From an uncultured virus (IMG/VR IMGVR_UViG_3300027688_000449) (Duplodnaviria; Heunggongvirae; Uroviricota; Caudoviricetes), in the IMG/VR virus record IMGVR_UViG_3300027688_000449: a stretch of DNA of 64,000 nt; one strand, given 5' to 3'. Below are positions 61,204-64,000 of the stretch, piece by piece. A model generated the notes under the pieces. That model searched no databases. It saw nothing but the letters and a program-made list of their open reading frames with translations, and was not told where the DNA came from. Made by a program: the position numbers and the translations under genes. The stretch's first letter is position 1. The number at the start of each line of letters is the position of its first letter.

Positions 61204-64000
61204 TGGCTAAAACGTTCATACCTAACACAGCGGCTTCAGGAGCCGGAACTCCCTTTGATAATATCGTAGGGTTACAAACTGTGCAAGGTGGTGGATTAAC
61301 ACAAGGTAATTTTGAGTTTGATTTAGGACTTTCAGAAAAAACAAATAGAACATTTAATATTGGAACGTTTCAAAATCCAGTATCATTAGAAAATTTAGAT
61401 TTAGATTCAATAAACGCTTCAAGGGAGTTGTTAGCGAAAGAATATAGAGTTTATCCAAATTATGATTTATCAGTTGTAACTAATTTTACAATATTTGGTT
61501 CGTTACAAAAAAGATTTGAAGTATCAATACAAAAAATATTAAACTTTTTTCCTGCGGCAATTGAAGTTGATGCAATCTATTATGATTTTACATCAGGATT
61601 AACCGCTGAGAATATTATATATAGTTCAGTCCCAAATGAAACTGAATTTACAATTGATGTCGCAAGGATTAAAAATCCATTCAACATTGATTACTCAGTT
61701 AATTCTATAATTAATCTTCAAAACAGAGAACAAATATTTTCACCTATTAGGGATTTAACAAATAGATACCGAGATTATAGTTTGTTTGTTAATGGTAATG
61801 AATATCCAATTATTGATTTAGACCCAACAACAAGTTTATATTCTGGTAATCTTAAATTTATTGTTACAGGACAACCATTTAGTGGTGCTTCATCAACGGT
61901 AGATTCAATTTATATTAAACCAAACACATATTACACCGAAAAAGGATTTTCGGAAGATTTTGATGAGGTTGAAAAGTTCTTGTTAAATAGATTAGCGACA
62001 CCACCATTTACAGCAACATTTAATGTTCCTGTTGAAACTGACTCAGGTGTTGTATCAATACAAACATCTACATTGACTTGGCCTAAAGATGGTCTTTGGA
62101 ATTTAGATATTAGAACTCCATTATTTACAACTTATCTTGAGAAGTTAAATGAAATTGCGATTAATTTTGATTCATTCAAAACAAACTTAATTACCCGTTT
62201 TTTAACAACAGAATCATTTTTAGAATTTGACACGCCAGACCATAGAGTTGCTAAAGTATTACAAATATATGGAAGAAGTTTTGACCAAATAAAACAATTC
62301 ATTGATGCGTTGGCATACATGAATTCGGTTAACTATACTCCAGGTAATGACATACCATCAATGTTATTGAAAAATTTAGCACAGACATTAGGATGGAGTA
62401 CAAACATATCACCAATTACGAATGAAAACTTTTTAGATTCAGTATACTCGTCAACAGGTGTTACACAATACGCTGGTTTTTCAAGAGAACTTACACCATC
62501 AGAATTAAATTATCAATTTTATAGAAACTTAATATTAAACTCGGCATATCTTTTTAAATCTAAAGGTACAAGACGTTCAGTTGAATTTACATTAAGATTG
62601 GTTGGAGCTCCTGAAGCGTTGGTTGAATTTAATGAACACGTTTATGTTGCTGACCAAAGAATTAATATGAGACAATTTGGTGAACAATATGCTCAAATTA
62701 CAGGTGGTACATATATTGAAAATACAACAGCATTAGCAACTGGTAATACATTTTCAATTTACGGTCAAACATATACCGCATTTACATCATCAACACAAAC
62801 TTTTTTTGTGGGTGAAACAATTGATGATTATCCAGTTGATGAATTTGGATATCCAAGAGCACCAATTGAAACATCAGATTATTATTTTGAAAAAGGTGCA
62901 GGATGGTTTGAATCAACACCACAACACAGAAGTCCACAAATTGTAAATCAAACCACTTCAGTTTTTACTGGCAATAGCCCAAATGTTCAAACAACATTAC
63001 AGCCTTTTACTTACGGACAAGAATATTTTGATAGATTCAGGAATTTCCCATATATGAATTTGGGTTATAACTTAAAACTTGTACCTGACAATAAAAAAAG
63101 TTGGCAACCACCAACATTCAGAGTTAGTGTTGAATCAGGGTATAATGCATATTATGTAGTTTCAGATGACAAATTAGTTCTTAATGCCAAGAATGTTGAT
63201 TTGTTTATGAACCCTGGTCAAGGTATCCTTTATAATGTTTGGTCAATGTCCAAGAATTATAATTACCCAATTCCTAATTCAGGAATGACATCGCCATACC
63301 CAAGTTTGGAAACTTATGATTGGACATATATTAATCCTGAAGCAAACAAAAAAACATTCTTTGAATTCGCTCAAACATTTGTTAACAATACAATTAATAT
63401 CAGAGACAGGTGGTATTCAACAGATGGTAAAACTGGTGGATATCCAACACTATTAAATATTTTTTACAATTACCTTCTTTCTGAACAAAATGTTGGAATT
63501 CCAAATGATGATTTTACATATCAAAAATTAATTGAATATGTTGATGGTCTTGGTCCATATTGGATTAGATTAACACAACAAATGATTCCAGCATCTACAA
63601 TATGGAATACTGGTACCCGTTTAGAAAACTCAGCATTACAAAGACAAAAATATGTTTATAGAAGACAAAGAGGTTGTCAATTAGTACCAATTGAAAATGA
63701 CCCATGTTTGGCAACAAGTCAATTATTTTCTTTTGATTGCACCAAACAAAGTGCAACATGTTCAATATATCCTTGGATTGGTGCAAACCCTGGTGATGTT
63801 ACATCATTCTCACAAATTCTATATAACGTATTATACAATTACTTAGACACACAAGGTTATCTACTTTCAGATTGTAACGCAAACTCATTGTATTCACAAT
63901 GGTATGTTGATGTTAAGATTGATGGGGCAACTGTAATACAAAATAAATTTTTTGATGGTTATGGAACAGGACAAGTTCCAACAAATAACCAATGGAAGAC
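61203..64000 (+). CDS. Baseplate wedge protein (T4 gp7 / P2 gpI-like), truncated by the window end; absent from the supplied ORF track
   Basis: ATG at 61203 (TAATG overlap). Translated by hand as MAKTFIPNTAASGAGTPF..., still in frame at the window end. Contains LLKNLAQTLGW and LFKSKGTRRSVEFTLRLVG, typical of gp7/gpI wedge proteins. Confidence 0.7.
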   Translation, partial: MAKTFIPNTAASGAGTPFDNIVGLQTVQGGGLTQGNFEFDLGLSEKTNRTFNIGTFQNPVSLENLDLDSINASRELLAKEYRVYPNYDLSVVTNFTIFGSLQKRFEVSIQKILNFFPAAIEVDAIYYDFTSGLTAENIIYSSVPNETEFTIDVARIKNPFNIDYSVNSIINLQNREQIFSPIRDLTNRYRDYSLFVNGNEYPIIDLDPTTSLYSGNLKFIVTGQPFSGASSTVDSIYIKPNTYYTEKGFSEDFDEVEKFLLNRLATPPFTATFNVPVETDSGVVSIQTSTLTWPKDGLWNLDIRTPLFTTYLEKLNEIAINFDSFKTNLITRFLTTESFLEFDTPDHRVAKVLQIYGRSFDQIKQFIDALAYMNSVNYTPGNDIPSMLLKNLAQTLGWSTNISPITNENFLDSVYSSTGVTQYAGFSRELTPSELNYQFYRNLILNSAYLFKSKGTRRSVEFTLRLVGAPEALVEFNEHVYVADQRINMRQFGEQYAQITGGTYIENTTALATGNTFSIYGQTYTAFTSSTQTFFVGETIDDYPVDEFGYPRAPIETSDYYFEKGAGWFESTPQHRSPQIVNQTTSVFTGNSPNVQTTLQPFTYGQEYFDRFRNFPYMNLGYNLKLVPDNKKSWQPPTFRVSVESGYNAYYVVSDDKLVLNAKNVDLFMNPGQGILYNVWSMSKNYNYPIPNSGMTSPYPSLETYDWTYINPEANKKTFFEFAQTFVNNTINIRDRWYSTDGKTGGYPTLLNIFYNYLLSEQNVGIPNDDFTYQKLIEYVDGLGPYWIRLTQQMIPASTIWNTGTRLENSALQRQKYVYRRQRGCQLVPIENDPCLATSQLFSFDCTKQSATCSIYPWIGANPGDVTSFSQILYNVLYNYLDTQGYLLSDCNANSLYSQWYVDVKIDGATVIQNKFFDGYGTGQVPTNNQWK

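Overview
This window is a 64-kb segment of a large, AT-rich, T4-superfamily-like myovirus (contractile-tailed dsDNA phage). It is densely coding in the standard genetic code, and I found no tRNA, rRNA, CRISPR array, intron or intein. From left to right it holds: (1) a ~12-kb, 13-gene sugar-nucleotide/glycosyltransferase island (class II aldolase, HAD phosphatase, several GTs, methyltransferase, GDP-mannose 3,5-epimerase, fucosyltransferase-like, WcbI-like, tandem nucleotidyltransferase, HtrL-like); (2) a family B DNA polymerase, a gp13-like neck protein, an Fe/Mn-SOD fused to a nuclease-like domain, and a SNF2 helicase; (3) a neck/tail module (gp14, gp15, sheath, tube, chaperones, tape measure, giant baseplate proteins); (4) a replication/recombination block (SSB, RecA, 5'-3' exonuclease, DnaB, class II RNR); (5) baseplate wedge and further virion genes running off the right end. 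The most notable signals are: a candidate phage-encoded virion glycosylation system (the glyco island plus a recurrent [S/T]-G-x-[S/T] motif in structural proteins); a conserved TATTTAT element before 14 mostly late genes; a SOD-PD-(D/E)xK fusion behind a T4-style occluding hairpin; a probable +1 frameshift in the tail chaperone; an OmpA-like peptidoglycan-binding domain inserted in the tube-initiator protein; and a long hydrophobic segment in a 1682-aa virion protein. All assignments come from motif recognition by eye; no database searches were run.
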